Positions 10,127 to 21,104 are shown, numbered from the stretch's first letter. The stretch: DNA of 64,000 nt from Nitrospirota bacterium (GCA_963749655.1 CAVVOB010000013.1:192001-256000); one strand, 5' to 3'. Notes: a model not told the origin generated them from the sequence alone. Translations and numbers: made by a program.

Positions 10127-10167
10127 AGGTCCTATAGGTCTTATAAGACTTATTTCAAAAGACCAAA

Positions 10168-11019
10168 CTAACGAGCAACCGTGGTCGTCGGCGCAGAGCC
10201 GGTGCTCTCCGCCTCTCTCTTGTACTTCACCCGGTACTGCAACTTCCCGGTCCCGTCGTAGTCGAAGTAGCCGATCTTGCCGTACTTGCCGTAGTTCTCG
10301 ATGGAGCCGACGCGCTTTCCGTTCGTCAGGTAGAGCTCTTCAAATTCGCAGGAGTTCTTGTCGTACTCCCTGGACCGGGATGTGACGATCCGTACTTTTT
10401 CCGTCATTCCGCTCAGGTCCACCTCAGCCTGCCGCATGTCGGCGAGGCTGATGTACTGCTTGTTCGTGTTCATAACCGGCCAGCCGGTGCGCAGGTATTC
10501 GCCCTTGTCCGTTCGCATGGAGGGAATGAACTCGGTCATGAGTTCGCCGATGAAGAACGCGTGCACGTCGGGCCTCGGCATTCCCCGTACGGTGAACAGG
10601 ATCGCGCCCGCCTGGGCATAGGCTGCAAAGCTCGGGCTCTCGGGCCGTTTCATGACCGATGAAACGTCGGAGCGGATCTTGGTGATCGCAGTTTCGGAGA
10701 AGTTCTTCCAGTTGACCTTGTAGAAACTGAGCGATGCTCCTGTTTCGTCCCTCATGGCGATCAGGCTCCGCATGAGGCGGTCCCCCAGCTCGATCGGGCT
10801 CGATCCGTAAGGATTGTCCTGTTCCGCGGGCGTCGAGGGAGACTCCGAGTTGTAGTACATGATGATGCAGTTTCCCACGCGGAGGGCATCGGGAAGATTG
10901 CCTTCGATGAGCGTCTTGGCTTCCCGCTCCGTGAGCGAGGAATCCAGGGCCAACGCTTTGTTCCCGAACAGCATCATCAGTACCAGCAGTGCCATTGCTG
11001 CATAAACATTCGTTTTCAT
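10168..11019 (-). CDS. Hypothetical exported protein
   Basis: Signal-peptide-like N-terminus MKTNVYAAMALLVLMMLFGNKALA; AAGGA RBS. Confidence 0.7.
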   Translation of the reverse strand: MKTNVYAAMALLVLMMLFGNKALALDSSLTEREAKTLIEGNLPDALRVGNCIIMYYNSESPSTPAEQDNPYGSSPIELGDRLMRSLIAMRDETGASLSFYKVNWKNFSETAITKIRSDVSSVMKRPESPSFAAYAQAGAILFTVRGMPRPDVHAFFIGELMTEFIPSMRTDKGEYLRTGWPVMNTNKQYISLADMRQAEVDLSGMTEKVRIVTSRSREYDKNSCEFEELYLTNGKRVGSIENYGKYGKIGYFDYDGTGKLQYRVKYKREAESTGSAPTTTVAR

Positions 11020-11038
11020 GTTTGGTCCTTTAAGCCCG

Positions 11039-11896
11039 TTATTCCTTCCTGCCGGAATGAGCGTCAATGATTTTCAGACTTTCCTGGTACACTTCTTTTT
11101 TAGGCAGCCCCAGTTCCTGCGCGGCCGCTGCTATTGCATCCTTCTTCGTCAAGCCGCGATGGATCATGAGGTTCCTGAGATAGTCGGCCGTGTCGACGTC
11201 CTGCTTCCGCGGTTCTTTTGATGCGCCATGGAGGATGATCGTGAATTCACCCTTGATGGTGCCCTCGTGCAGCCGTTTGAGCGCCTCATCGAGCGTTCCG
11301 CGGATGATCTCCTCATGGATCTTGGTCAGCTCCCGCGTGATCACGACCCGCCTGTCGCTGCCGAACGCGGCAAGCATGCCTTCGACGGTCCTGACGATCT
11401 TGTGCGGGGCTTCGTAAAAGATGATGGTGCGCTCCTCAGGGGCGAGCTCTTCCAGCCGCTTCTGCCGGGCAGCGGTCTTTGCCGGCAGAAAGCCCTCGAA
11501 CACGAACCTGTCCGTGGGCAAACCGGAGACCGAGAGGGCCGAGACCGCCGCCGTCGCGCCGGGCACCGGCACAACGGGGATCGACCGGTCGATCGCGAGG
11601 TTGATGAGAAAAAAACCGGGATCGGAGATGCCCGGCGTGCCTGCGTCGGAAACAAGGGCTATGGTGCTTCCCTCGAGCAGGCGGGCAACGAGGACCGGAG
11701 CTTTCTCCTCCTTGTTGTGGTCGTGGTAACTCGTGAGCTGCGTTTCGATCCCGTACCGGTCGAGCAGATGCCGGGTGTGTCGCGTGTCCTCGGCCGCTAT
11801 AAGGTCTGCTTCCTTCAGGATGCGGATCGCCCTGAGCGTGATGTCCTCGAGGTTTCCGATGGGCGTGGCGACGATGTAGAGAGTGCCGGTAGTCAT
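11039..11896 (-). CDS. rsmI: 16S rRNA (cytidine1402-2'-O)-methyltransferase
   Basis: LYIVATPIGNLEDIT, AAEDTR, SDAGTPGISDPG and RELTKIHEE motifs. Confidence 0.96.
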   Translation of the reverse strand: MTTGTLYIVATPIGNLEDITLRAIRILKEADLIAAEDTRHTRHLLDRYGIETQLTSYHDHNKEEKAPVLVARLLEGSTIALVSDAGTPGISDPGFFLINLAIDRSIPVVPVPGATAAVSALSVSGLPTDRFVFEGFLPAKTAARQKRLEELAPEERTIIFYEAPHKIVRTVEGMLAAFGSDRRVVITRELTKIHEEIIRGTLDEALKRLHEGTIKGEFTIILHGASKEPRKQDVDTADYLRNLMIHRGLTKKDAIAAAAQELGLPKKEVYQESLKIIDAHSGRKE

Positions 11897-11966
11897 AAAA
11901 ATAGGGTCCAGTAGCCGGGGTCCAGGGTCCGGGAAGATGCCTGATTCTTACTGGCCCCCTGATGTC

Positions 11967-13688
11967 TCAGTAACTTCTATATCTATTCGTAATCGGGAAC
12001 CGGCGGTCCTTGCCCAGTCCGCGCGGCGTGATCTTGACCCCGGGAGGGGCCTGGCGGCGCTTGTATTCGCTCGAATCCACAAGGCGGATCACGCGCTCGA
12101 CCGTCTTGCGGTCGAAGCCCATGCGGATCATCTCCGCGAATTCCCGGTCGTCCTCTACATAGGCCTTCAGGATCGGGTCGAGGATGTCATATTCGGGCAG
12201 GGAATCGCTGTCTTTCTGGTTCGGCCGGAGCTCGGCGGTCGGCGGCTTGACCAGCACGCGCTTCGGGATGATCATCTTTCCCGCCAGGCGGTTGATGCAT
12301 CTGCACACGTCATAGACCATCGTTTTCGGCACGTCCTTGATCACGGCGAAGCCGCCGGCCATATCGCCGTAGAGCGTGGCGTAGCCCGTGGACATTTCGC
12401 TCTTGTTGCCCGTCGTAAGCACCAGCCAGCCGAACTTGTTCGAGAGCGCCATGAGAAGGTTTCCCCGGATGCGCGCCTGGAGGTTCTCCTCGGTCACGTC
12501 CTGTTTGGTGTCCGCGAACACCCGCCGCAGCGTATTGAGATAGGCGCTGAAGGGCTGGTGAATGGGGATCGTCATCATCGGGATGCCGAGATTGCAGGCG
12601 AGGTCGGCGGCGTCGTCGCGGCTTTCGTCGGAGCTGAACTCCGACGGCATGAACACGCCGTGGACGTTTTCCTTGCCGACGGCTTCCACGGCCACGGCCG
12701 CCACGAGCGACGAATCGATGCCGCCCGAGAGGCCGATGACCACGGTCTTGAACCCCGTTTTTCGCACATAGTCCCGGGTGCCGAGGACGAGGGCGCGGTA
12801 GACTTCCTCGCACATGATGCAGGGCCTGACGACACGGGCAGGGGGCAGGGGCTTTTTTCGAGCCGCAGGTCTGGTTGAAATGACGACGGTGTCGATGGAG
12901 TCGCGGTACTCGTCGAGGATCATCTCCGAATCGAGGTCCACGGGATTGTACGGTCCCGGCAGCTTGAGGTCGTAGGTGATCAGCTCCTCCTCGAATTGCT
13001 TTCCCGCGGCGAGCACTTTCCCCTTCGGGTCCAGGATCATGCTGTGGCCGTCGAAGACGAGCTCGTCCTGGCCGCCGACGGTATTGGCATAGACGACGTA
13101 GACGTCGTTTTCCTTCGCCCGCAGGGCGAGCATCTGCTGGCGCTCGCGGCCCTTTGCCTTGTGATAGGGCGAGGCGTTTATGGCAATGATGACCTCCGCG
13201 CCCGCCAGGGCCTGGGTGCGGGCGGGGCCGTCGGCATACCAGATGTCCTCGCAGATGTTGATGCCGATGTTCACGCCCTTGATCGTGATGACAGGGAAGC
13301 GCGTGCCGGGCTTGAAATACCGGTACTCGTCGAAGACGCCGTAATTCGGCAGCAGCATCTTGTGGTAGACATGGACGAGCGCTCCGTCGCTGATGATCGC
13401 GGCCGCGTCGTAGATGTGTTCGTTCCTGTCCACGAAGCCCACAACGGCCGCGATCCCCTTTGCCGCCCGGGTGATCTCTTTCAGCGTGCGGACATTGTCC
13501 CTCACGAACTGGGGCTTGAGCACCAGGTCCTCGGGCGGATAGCCGGTAACGGCCAGCTCGGTAAAGACGACGACATCGGCGCTCCGTGCATGCGCGCGGC
13601 GCATGTACTCGATGATCTTGTCCCTGTTGCCCTTGAGGTCGCCGACGGTCGGATTGATCTGGGCCATGGCGATACGGATCGTGCGCAT
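11967..13688 (-). CDS. nadE: Glutamine-dependent NAD+ synthetase
   Basis: N-terminal nitrilase domain (GYPPEDL, LPNYGVFDE, ICEDIW) plus GLSGGIDS, ENLQAR and TGNKSE. Confidence 0.96.
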   Translation of the reverse strand: MRTIRIAMAQINPTVGDLKGNRDKIIEYMRRAHARSADVVVFTELAVTGYPPEDLVLKPQFVRDNVRTLKEITRAAKGIAAVVGFVDRNEHIYDAAAIISDGALVHVYHKMLLPNYGVFDEYRYFKPGTRFPVITIKGVNIGINICEDIWYADGPARTQALAGAEVIIAINASPYHKAKGRERQQMLALRAKENDVYVVYANTVGGQDELVFDGHSMILDPKGKVLAAGKQFEEELITYDLKLPGPYNPVDLDSEMILDEYRDSIDTVVISTRPAARKKPLPPARVVRPCIMCEEVYRALVLGTRDYVRKTGFKTVVIGLSGGIDSSLVAAVAVEAVGKENVHGVFMPSEFSSDESRDDAADLACNLGIPMMTIPIHQPFSAYLNTLRRVFADTKQDVTEENLQARIRGNLLMALSNKFGWLVLTTGNKSEMSTGYATLYGDMAGGFAVIKDVPKTMVYDVCRCINRLAGKMIIPKRVLVKPPTAELRPNQKDSDSLPEYDILDPILKAYVEDDREFAEMIRMGFDRKTVERVIRLVDSSEYKRRQAPPGVKITPRGLGKDRRFPITNRYRSY

Positions 13689-13703
13689 GCGGCTCCTCGA
13701 TTT

Positions 13704-14264
13704 CTATTCCAGAGAATACCACCAGTCGATCTTCGTGACGATGTCGTTGCTGAGATGGAAGGCGACGTACGATTCAACGCCCTGGTGGTTGCGGTACATG
13801 ACCTCGTCCGTCCGTTCGCCGGACGGCTTGCCCAGAAGGGCGATAACTGCGGCTTTCGATACGCCCACGTTCAGGTCCCACTTCAGCTTGTACTTGTCCT
13901 TCGTGATGGATACGTGCTGGAGCAATTCCTGGTTCTCCGCGGCGGCACGGTACAGAACGATGTACAGGCCGTCGTAAACCAGCTCGATGATCTCATCCCT
14001 TATTTCGTCGGAAGGGTTCGTAACGAAGGGGGATGGATCTTTTGCCCTTTTAACGGAGACGCTCAGGGGATCGCCGAGGTTCCTGATGATCCGCGCGCGG
14101 GTATGCCCCATTTTGAAGGCAAACCCGTGGTCGATGAACTGGTCGGATTTTGCCAGGGAGCTGTCCATCGCGTCGGAGTCCGCAGATGAGGTCTTCGTCG
14201 TTCCTGCGCAGCCGGCAACGAGCATGATGCATGACAGGCAGAGAAGGCACAGAGCGTTCTTCAT
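13704..14264 (-). CDS. Putative lipoprotein
   Basis: Lipobox VAGC after a hydrophobic stretch; translationally coupled to larC. Confidence 0.7.
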   Translation of the reverse strand: MKNALCLLCLSCIMLVAGCAGTTKTSSADSDAMDSSLAKSDQFIDHGFAFKMGHTRARIIRNLGDPLSVSVKRAKDPSPFVTNPSDEIRDEIIELVYDGLYIVLYRAAAENQELLQHVSITKDKYKLKWDLNVGVSKAAVIALLGKPSGERTDEVMYRNHQGVESYVAFHLSNDIVTKIDWWYSLE

Positions 14265-15466
14265 GGGTGATTACCTCCATCGGGGATAGGACCGCAGGCC
14301 TGTTCGCGCAGGCACCGTTTCGCTTCCTCTATGACCGTCTTGAGGGGGACCTGCCGCGCTTCGGCTGCGGCGCGGCAGTCCTCGTACTCAGGGGTCGCTG
14401 TCAGGACCTCGCCCTCCCGTTTGCTGATCTTGATCCGTATATCCCCGTAGATCGTCCTGACAAGCACGATCTCGCGGCTCAGTTTTTTTCTGCCGACTTC
14501 CGTGATGCGCACGCCGATGCTTGTGGTCTCGCGAAAAACAATGTCGAGCATCGCGTCGGACAGCGTGCGGTCGGCCAGCACCGAGAGCAGGATGCCGGGC
14601 CGCCCCTTCTTCATGAGAATGGGGGTGAGGTAGGCGTCCTGGGCGCCTCGGAGCAGCAGCGTTTCGATGAGGTAGCCGTAAACCTGCGGGTTCAGGTCGT
14701 CGATGTTCGTTTCGATCAGGACCGACGTGTCTTCGTCGTACGCTGCCGCAGGCTCACCGATCAGCAGCCGCAGAACGTTGGGCTGACCCGGTATGTCCTT
14801 GCCGCCGGCGCCGTGGGCGATGTTTCTGATCTTCATCCCCGGGACAGGGCCGAAGGATGAGCTCACGCACGTCAGGATTGCGGCGCCTGTCGGCGTCGCC
14901 AGCTCGAAGGGCACGGCCGACCCGTAGGCGGGTATCCCTTTGAGCAGCTCGACCGTGGCCGGCGCGGGGACCGGCAGGACCCCGTGAGCTGTTGCCACGG
15001 TTCCCGAGCCGAGGTTGATGGGAGATGCCCGGATTTCCATGATGCCGAGCAGCTCCAGGCCGATCATGGATCCGACGATGTCGACCATGGCGTCGACAGC
15101 GCCGACTTCGTGAAAATGTACCTTGTCGACGTCCGTGCCGTGCACCTTTGCCTCCGCTTCCGCAAGCCGGGAGAATACTGCGAGACTCTTCTCCTTCACC
15201 GTTGCGGAAAGGGAAGACGATTGGATGATGGTCCTGATGTCCGGCAGATGGCGCGACGGCTGCTCGCTCCCGGCGAGACAGACATGCACCTTGGTGGCCG
15301 CGATGCCCGAGCGCGTCACTTTCAGGGCAGTGATCTCGTAGCCGGGGAGGTTCAGCTTCTCAAGCTCCGAGCGCAGAACGTCGATGCCCACGCCCGCGTC
15401 CACGAGCGCGCCGAGGATCATGTCGCCGGATATTCCGGAAAAGCAGTCGATGTAAGCGAGAGTCAT
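14261..15466 (-). CDS. larC: Nickel pincer cofactor biosynthesis protein LarC
   Basis: YIDCFSGISGDM, HFHEVGAVD, HGVLPVPAPA, TPTGAA, ETNIDD and MKKGRPG motifs. Confidence 0.93.
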   Translation of the reverse strand: MTLAYIDCFSGISGDMILGALVDAGVGIDVLRSELEKLNLPGYEITALKVTRSGIAATKVHVCLAGSEQPSRHLPDIRTIIQSSSLSATVKEKSLAVFSRLAEAEAKVHGTDVDKVHFHEVGAVDAMVDIVGSMIGLELLGIMEIRASPINLGSGTVATAHGVLPVPAPATVELLKGIPAYGSAVPFELATPTGAAILTCVSSSFGPVPGMKIRNIAHGAGGKDIPGQPNVLRLLIGEPAAAYDEDTSVLIETNIDDLNPQVYGYLIETLLLRGAQDAYLTPILMKKGRPGILLSVLADRTLSDAMLDIVFRETTSIGVRITEVGRKKLSREIVLVRTIYGDIRIKISKREGEVLTATPEYEDCRAAAEARQVPLKTVIEEAKRCLREQACGPIPDGGNHP

Positions 15467-15612
15467 GATTGATTCCAGCCACGAATAGACGTTTTGGCCA
15501 CGAATTGACACGAATTTACACGAATTGGAAAAGGCTTAGAATATAAAAAGGTAATACGTTTGTCCTTAGTTTGTCTTTAATTCGTGCCAATTCGTGTAAA
15601 TTCGTGGCTAAA

Positions 15613-16371
15613 CTAAGGCCTTTCTCCGAGTAAATTTATCCTGTGCGCCAGCACGCCCGCGCCATAGCCGTTGTCGATGTTCATGACCGCTATGCCGGAT
15701 GCGCATGAATTCAGCATCGTGAGGAGAGGCGCCAGTCCTGCGAACGCCGCGCCGTAGCCGACACTCGTGGGCACGGCGATCACGGGCTTGTCCACGAGAC
15801 CGCCCACGACGGACGGCAGGGCGCCATCCATGCCCGCTGCCACCACGACGACCCGCGCCGCTTCGAGCAGGTCCCTCTTGCTCAGGACGCGGTGGATGCC
15901 GGCCACGCCCACATCATAGACGGTCTGCACCGTACTGCCCAGAGCGTCAGCGGTGACCGCGGCCTCCTCGGCAACGGGGATGTCCGACGTCCCCGCGGTC
16001 AGCACCAGCACGATGCCCTTTGTCGGTTTCTTCGGAGCATGCCTTACCACGATCGTGCGCGAGGCCTCGTGATACTCGGCGCGACGGTCGATCTTCCTGA
16101 CGGCGCGGTACATCGCCTCGTTCGCCCGGGTCGCCAGGACGTCGCTCTTGTTCGCCAGCAGGCGCTTTGCGATTCCGGCAACCTGGTCGAGGGTCTTTCC
16201 TTCGCAGTAGATGACCTCGGGCATGCCGTGGCGCAGATGGCGATGGTGGTCTATGTGGGCAAAGGCGACATCCTCGAAGGGCAGGTGCCTGAGCCGGGCG
16301 AGGGCGGTATCAACATCCGTCTTTCCCGACTGCACGTCTTTGAGGAGCTTTGCGATGTCAGTTTTGTTCAT
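15613..16371 (-). CDS. larB: Nickel pincer cofactor biosynthesis protein LarB
   Basis: PEVIYCEGK, AGTSDIPVAEE, DVGVAGIHR, AGMDGALPSV, PTSVGYG and NIDNGYGA motifs. Confidence 0.94.
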   Translation of the reverse strand: MNKTDIAKLLKDVQSGKTDVDTALARLRHLPFEDVAFAHIDHHRHLRHGMPEVIYCEGKTLDQVAGIAKRLLANKSDVLATRANEAMYRAVRKIDRRAEYHEASRTIVVRHAPKKPTKGIVLVLTAGTSDIPVAEEAAVTADALGSTVQTVYDVGVAGIHRVLSKRDLLEAARVVVVAAGMDGALPSVVGGLVDKPVIAVPTSVGYGAAFAGLAPLLTMLNSCASGIAVMNIDNGYGAGVLAHRINLLGERP

Positions 16372-16396
16372 GCCGATCCTGTCCGCAGAAGAGCGA

Positions 16397-17497
16397 TCAA
16401 TTCTGCCGGGGATGCCGCTTCCGCCCCGGACGGTCGCCGCCGCACTCTTCCACCGTCGCGGCGGCTGCGTCCCGGTAAGCGGGGTACTGGTCCGCCTGCG
16501 AGCTTTTCAGGAATTTGTTCAGATACCGGACCGACGTGCCGCAGCGGCCCATCTGTTTCAGCGTCATTCCGGTATTGAAAAGCATCACCGGGTGTCGCGG
16601 CCGCATGCGCTCGACAAAATGCAGCTCCCGCAGCGCTTCCTGGGGTCTGCTCTGTTCCCTCAGCAGGATGCCCAGCAGGAGATGGGGAAGCAGACTGGAG
16701 GGATGATGTTCGATGGCCGCCCGCAGCTGACTTTCCGCCGAGCCGGCATCGCCTTTTATCTGGTAGAGAGAAGCGAGCAGGATGAGTGCCCGCAGATTCT
16801 GAGGATTGACTGCTATGGTTTTCTGGAGCGTGTTGAAAGCCTTTTCGAACTCAGCCTTACCGACGCGGCTGCTGTCATATGCAACCCCGGACGGAGTACC
16901 GAGGGCGATCCATACCTTTTTGGTTTCTTCATTCGACTCCTCCCGGGAGAGGACCGAATCCAGTTTCCGACGGATCTTCTCCGCTTTCGCCTGGTCCCGT
17001 TCGGCACTGAGCTGCCTGACGAGAACGTCGCGGTCTTTCCTGAGCGCGTCGTTCTCCCGGACGGCGTCGTCGAGCTGTTCCTTCAAATCTTCGTTCTGCC
17101 GGTATCGGTTGATCTGGTTGCCCAGGTTATCGGCGTCGATGCTGCAGCGCACCTTGACGGAGATCTCGGGACGCTCCGGCGTTCCGTGCATTCGTTCCGA
17201 GACGACCTCGGCCTCGATGATTCCGGCGGTAATGGTCTTGACCTCGTCACGGGCAAGCTGGAAGCTCTTGACCTGGGTGAGGCCCTCGACGTAGGTGCCG
17301 GCGAGTTCCAGTGCTGTTCGTTTCGCTTCCTGGGCGGCGATTCGGCGGCCGTTGATCTTGCTGTCCTGGTTGCCCATCCGGTACGTGCCTTCAGCTTCGA
17401 TGATCCTGGTTTCAGCGACGACCGCAGCTTCCTGCTGCGCCAGGAGCAGCAGCGAGAGAACAGTCAGCAGGACCATCTTGACATTCCGCGATTCCAT
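16397..17497 (-). CDS. Exported protein with coiled coil and TPR repeats
   Basis: Signal-like N-terminus, AKRTALELAGTYV segment and C-terminal TPR-like helices. Confidence 0.7.
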   Translation of the reverse strand: MESRNVKMVLLTVLSLLLLAQQEAAVVAETRIIEAEGTYRMGNQDSKINGRRIAAQEAKRTALELAGTYVEGLTQVKSFQLARDEVKTITAGIIEAEVVSERMHGTPERPEISVKVRCSIDADNLGNQINRYRQNEDLKEQLDDAVRENDALRKDRDVLVRQLSAERDQAKAEKIRRKLDSVLSREESNEETKKVWIALGTPSGVAYDSSRVGKAEFEKAFNTLQKTIAVNPQNLRALILLASLYQIKGDAGSAESQLRAAIEHHPSSLLPHLLLGILLREQSRPQEALRELHFVERMRPRHPVMLFNTGMTLKQMGRCGTSVRYLNKFLKSSQADQYPAYRDAAAATVEECGGDRPGRKRHPRQN

Positions 17498-18500
17498 TTA
17501 CTCCCCCTTCAATTCCCTGGTCATCAGGTCCTGCACCGCCGCCTTCGGGTTCTTGCCCTCGTAGAGGATGAGGTACACTTCTTCAACGATGGGCATCTCG
17601 ATGGAGAACTTCCGCGCCAGGTCCCTCGCGGCCGAAGCGGTCTTGACTCCCTCGGCAACGGTTGTTGCGCCCCTGACGATGTCGTCGAGCTTCTCGCCCT
17701 TGCCGATCCTGGTCCCGAGCGTGCGGTTCCGAGACAGGCCGCCGGTGCAGGTGAGGACCAGGTCGCCCATGCCTGCAAGGCCCGAGAAGGTCGTCAGAGC
17801 TCCCGCCCATGGCCACGCCGAGGCGGGCCATTTCCGCGAGGCCGCGCGTGAGCAGGGCGGCCATGGTATTGTACCCGAAGCCCAGCCCCTCCAGCACGCC
17901 CGCGGCAATGGCCACGACGTTCTTGAGCGCTCCGGCAAGCTCGACCCCCATGACATCGGGGTTCGTGTAGACGCGAAAATAGGAACAGCTCAGGGCTTCC
18001 TGCGCCCGCTTCCCGACGGCGGGATCGTAGGAGGCGAGGGCCACGGCGGTCGGCAATTTCCGGGCGACCTCCTTGGCGAAACTGGGGCCCGAGAGAAAGG
18101 CGAGCCTGCCGTGGTGCGTCTGGGGCAGGACGTCCTTGAACACCTCGGAAAGCGGCATGAGCGTGTCGATCTCGATGCCTTTCGAGGCGCTGATGATGAT
18201 TGCATCGCGTGTCAGCAAAGATGCGTACTGCCGCGTCACGGTTCGCACCGTGTGGGAGGGAACCACGGAGAGGATCATGGGGCGGCCCTTTACAGCTTCT
18301 TCGAGCGACGAGGTCACGGCCAGGGAAGGGGGCAGCGTGAATCCCGGCAGATAGACCCGGTTCTCGCGCGTGCGGGCCGTTTCAACGGCAAGGTCCTTTT
18401 CGTACATCCAGAGGATTACGTCGTGCCCGTTGTCCGCAAGCAACATGGCGAGAGCCGTGCCCCATGCTCCCGCCCCGATGACGCCGATCTTTTCAGTCAT
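17498..18500 (-). CDS. gpsA: NAD(P)H-dependent glycerol-3-phosphate dehydrogenase (1 frameshift near 17800)
   Basis: [25 protein letters not shown], then [20 protein letters not shown] in a second frame. Confidence 0.93.
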
Positions 18501-18508
18501 AATTCCAA

Positions 18509-18537
18509 ATTATAGAGGGAACAGCGGAAAGAGTCAA
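18509..18537 (-). promoter_or_regulatory. Sigma70 promoter for the gpsA operon
   Basis: TTGACT-N17-TATAAT, 8 nt before the ATG. Confidence 0.7.
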
Positions 18538-18759
18538 AAGAATTGTAAAAGGGTGGAGACGCTTTGTTCATCGACCGGGTAAACCGAATCCTGATTCGTA
18601 CGGCAAAGGCGTCTCGCGCCAAGACGCAAAGCCGCAAAGAAAGAAAAAATTGACCTAAAAAAAAGCAGTAGCCGTACGGTTTCCTTGGCGTCTTTGCGCC
18701 TTTGCGCGAGAATAAATCTTTTTTCCTGTTTATTATTTCGTTTCTTCCGCGGTTTTATC

Positions 18760-19466
18760 TCATGCGCCGAGATAGGCGGAAATGACCTTCGGATCGCGCA
18801 GGAGGTTCGCGGCATCGTCCTCCATGACGATGCTGCCGGTCTCGAGCACGTATCCGCGGCTGCTGATCCGGAGCGCCGCCCGGGCGTTCTGCTCAACGAG
18901 CAGGACGGCTGTTCCCTGCCGGTTGATCTCCTGGATCACGGCGAACAACTCCCGGACCATGAGCGGCGCCAGGCCCATGGACGGCTCGTCGAGGAGCAGG
19001 AGCTTCGGCCGCGCCATGAGCGCCCGTCCGACGGCCAGCATCTGCTGCTCGCCCCCCGAAAGCATGCCGGCATGTAATGCCGCCTTTTTTCCCGAGGACC
19101 GGGAAACGGGAGAAAAGGCGCATCGATGTCCGCTCGTATCCTCGCCCGGTCTTTTCGGGTGAAGGCGCCGAGCTCGAGGTTCTCGCGAACCGTGAGCGTG
19201 GTCAGAATGGCCCTTCCTTCAGGGACCTGGACGATCCCGCTTCGCACGATCGCATGGGGCCGCCGGCGCGTGATGTCCTCGCCCTTCCAGACGATCCGTC
19301 CTGCCGACGGCCGGACTATCCCGGAAACGGCGTTGAGGGCCGTGCTCTTGCCCGCTCCGTTCGCGCCGATGAGCGCCACGATCTCTCCGGCGGACACGCG
19401 CAGGGAAATGCCCTTCAGCGCCTGGAGGTGTCCGTAGCGGACCGCCATGCCGGAAAGCTCAAGCAT
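18760..19466 (-). CDS. livF: Branched-chain amino acid ABC ATPase LivF-like (frameshifted near 19080-19120)
   Basis: [24 protein letters not shown] and [10 protein letters not shown] motifs. Confidence 0.88.
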
Positions 19467-20242
19467 CGGATCCGTCCTTTCCGAGGTACGCCTCGATGAC
19501 CTGCGGATTCGCCCTGATCTCCGCAGGGCCGCCCTCGGCAATGAGCTCGCCGAAATTCAACACCGCGATATGGCTGCAGATGCCCATGATGACCTTCATG
19601 TCGTGCTCGATGATGCAGATCGTATGGCCCTGGCTGCTTATCTTTACGATCTCGCTCATGAGCTCCCCGGTTTCAGCGGGGTTCATGCCGCAGGTCGGCT
19701 CATCGAGCAGGAGAAGCCGGGGCTCCGTGGCCAGGGCGCGCGCAAGCTCCAGGCGACGCTGCTCGCCGTAGGAGAGGCCGTTCGCCTTCCGGTCCGCATC
19801 GTCCGCAAGCCTGACGAGAGCAAGGAGCTCCAGCGCCTTCTGCCGCAGCCTTTTTTCTTCCCGCCTCGACGACGGCAGCGCCAGCAGGAGGGAGGCGACG
19901 GAGTAGGAGAAGCAGCGGTGCATTCCCACGAGGACGTTCTCCAGCAGCGTCATTTCGCCGAAGACCCGGATGTTCTGGAAGGTCCGGCAGATGCCCCTGT
20001 TCCGTTATTACCGGCGCGGAAAGGCCCGTGATGTCCCTGTCCCGGAACAGGACACGCCCCCCGGTCGGTTTCACCAGGCCGCTGATGATGTTGAACAGCG
20101 TAGTTTTGCCCGCGCCGTTCGGCCCGATGAGGCCCGAGATGCCGCCCTTGCCGATGGTAAAGGAGATATCGTCCAGGACGCGAAGACCGCCGAAGTCCTT
20201 GGTGATATTCCGGAGTTCGAGCATGGCGTTCTCCCGGTTCAT
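19459..20242 (-). CDS. livG: ABC ATPase LivG-like (frameshift near 20000)
   Basis: GPNGAGKTT, LSYGEQRRLELARAL, IEHDM and AYLG motifs. Confidence 0.88.
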
Positions 20243-21101
20243 CGACGCCCCGCGAAGAGATTTTTTATCCTGCCCATTGCGGCCCGTCCCACGATCCCGT
20301 TCGGCAGATACAGCACGACGATGACCAGGATCAGTCCGTTCACGGCCAGACGATAGGGTCCGAGAAAGCGGAACAGCTCGGGCAGGATCGTGAGCATGGC
20401 GCTGCCGACGATCGGCCCCCAGAGCGTGCCGGTCCCGCCGAGGATCGCGAAGGTCAGGATGTCCACGGCCGGCTCGAAGCCGTATTCCCGCGGAGAGACG
20501 AAGAACGTGTAGTGGGCGTTCAGGCCGCCGGCCACGCCGGCTATGAAGGCGCCGATCGTGAAGGCGCCGACCTTTACCGGGACGGTACGGATGCCCATGA
20601 CCGACGCCGCGGTCTCGTCTTCGTTGATCGCCTCCAGCGCACGGCCGAACCGCGACCGTTCCAGCCTTGCAAAGGAGTAGACCACGAGGCCGAGGACCAG
20701 CACAAGATGCCGGATCTCGGTCTTGAGAGGAACGCCGTTCAGGCCCAGCGGGCCGCCGGTGATATCGAGGTTCAGAAATATCACGCGCACGACCTCGCCG
20801 AAGCCGAGGGTCGCCATGGCGAGGTAGACGCCCGAGAGCCGGAGCACGGGCATGCCGATGACGAGCGCCACCGCGGCCGGCAGGAGCCCTCCGGCGAGGA
20901 GGCTCACTCCGAAGGGAGCTCCTGCCTTCATGGTCAGGAGCGCCGCGGTGTATGCGCCGATGCCCATGAACGCGGCGTTTCCGAGCGACAGCAGGCCGCA
21001 GGCGAGGGTCATATAGATGGAAAGCGCGAGCAGCCGTGCACGAAGAGGGTATAGATCAGCGTGTTGTAGGTCTGCCAGAACGAAAGGAGGAATTCGCTCA
21101 T
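20239..21101 (-). CDS. livM: ABC permease LivM-like (frameshift near 21045)
   Basis: SLGNAAFMGIGAY, LSGVYLAMATLGFGE and ILGGTGTLWGP motifs. Confidence 0.85.
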
Positions 21102-21104
21102 GGG

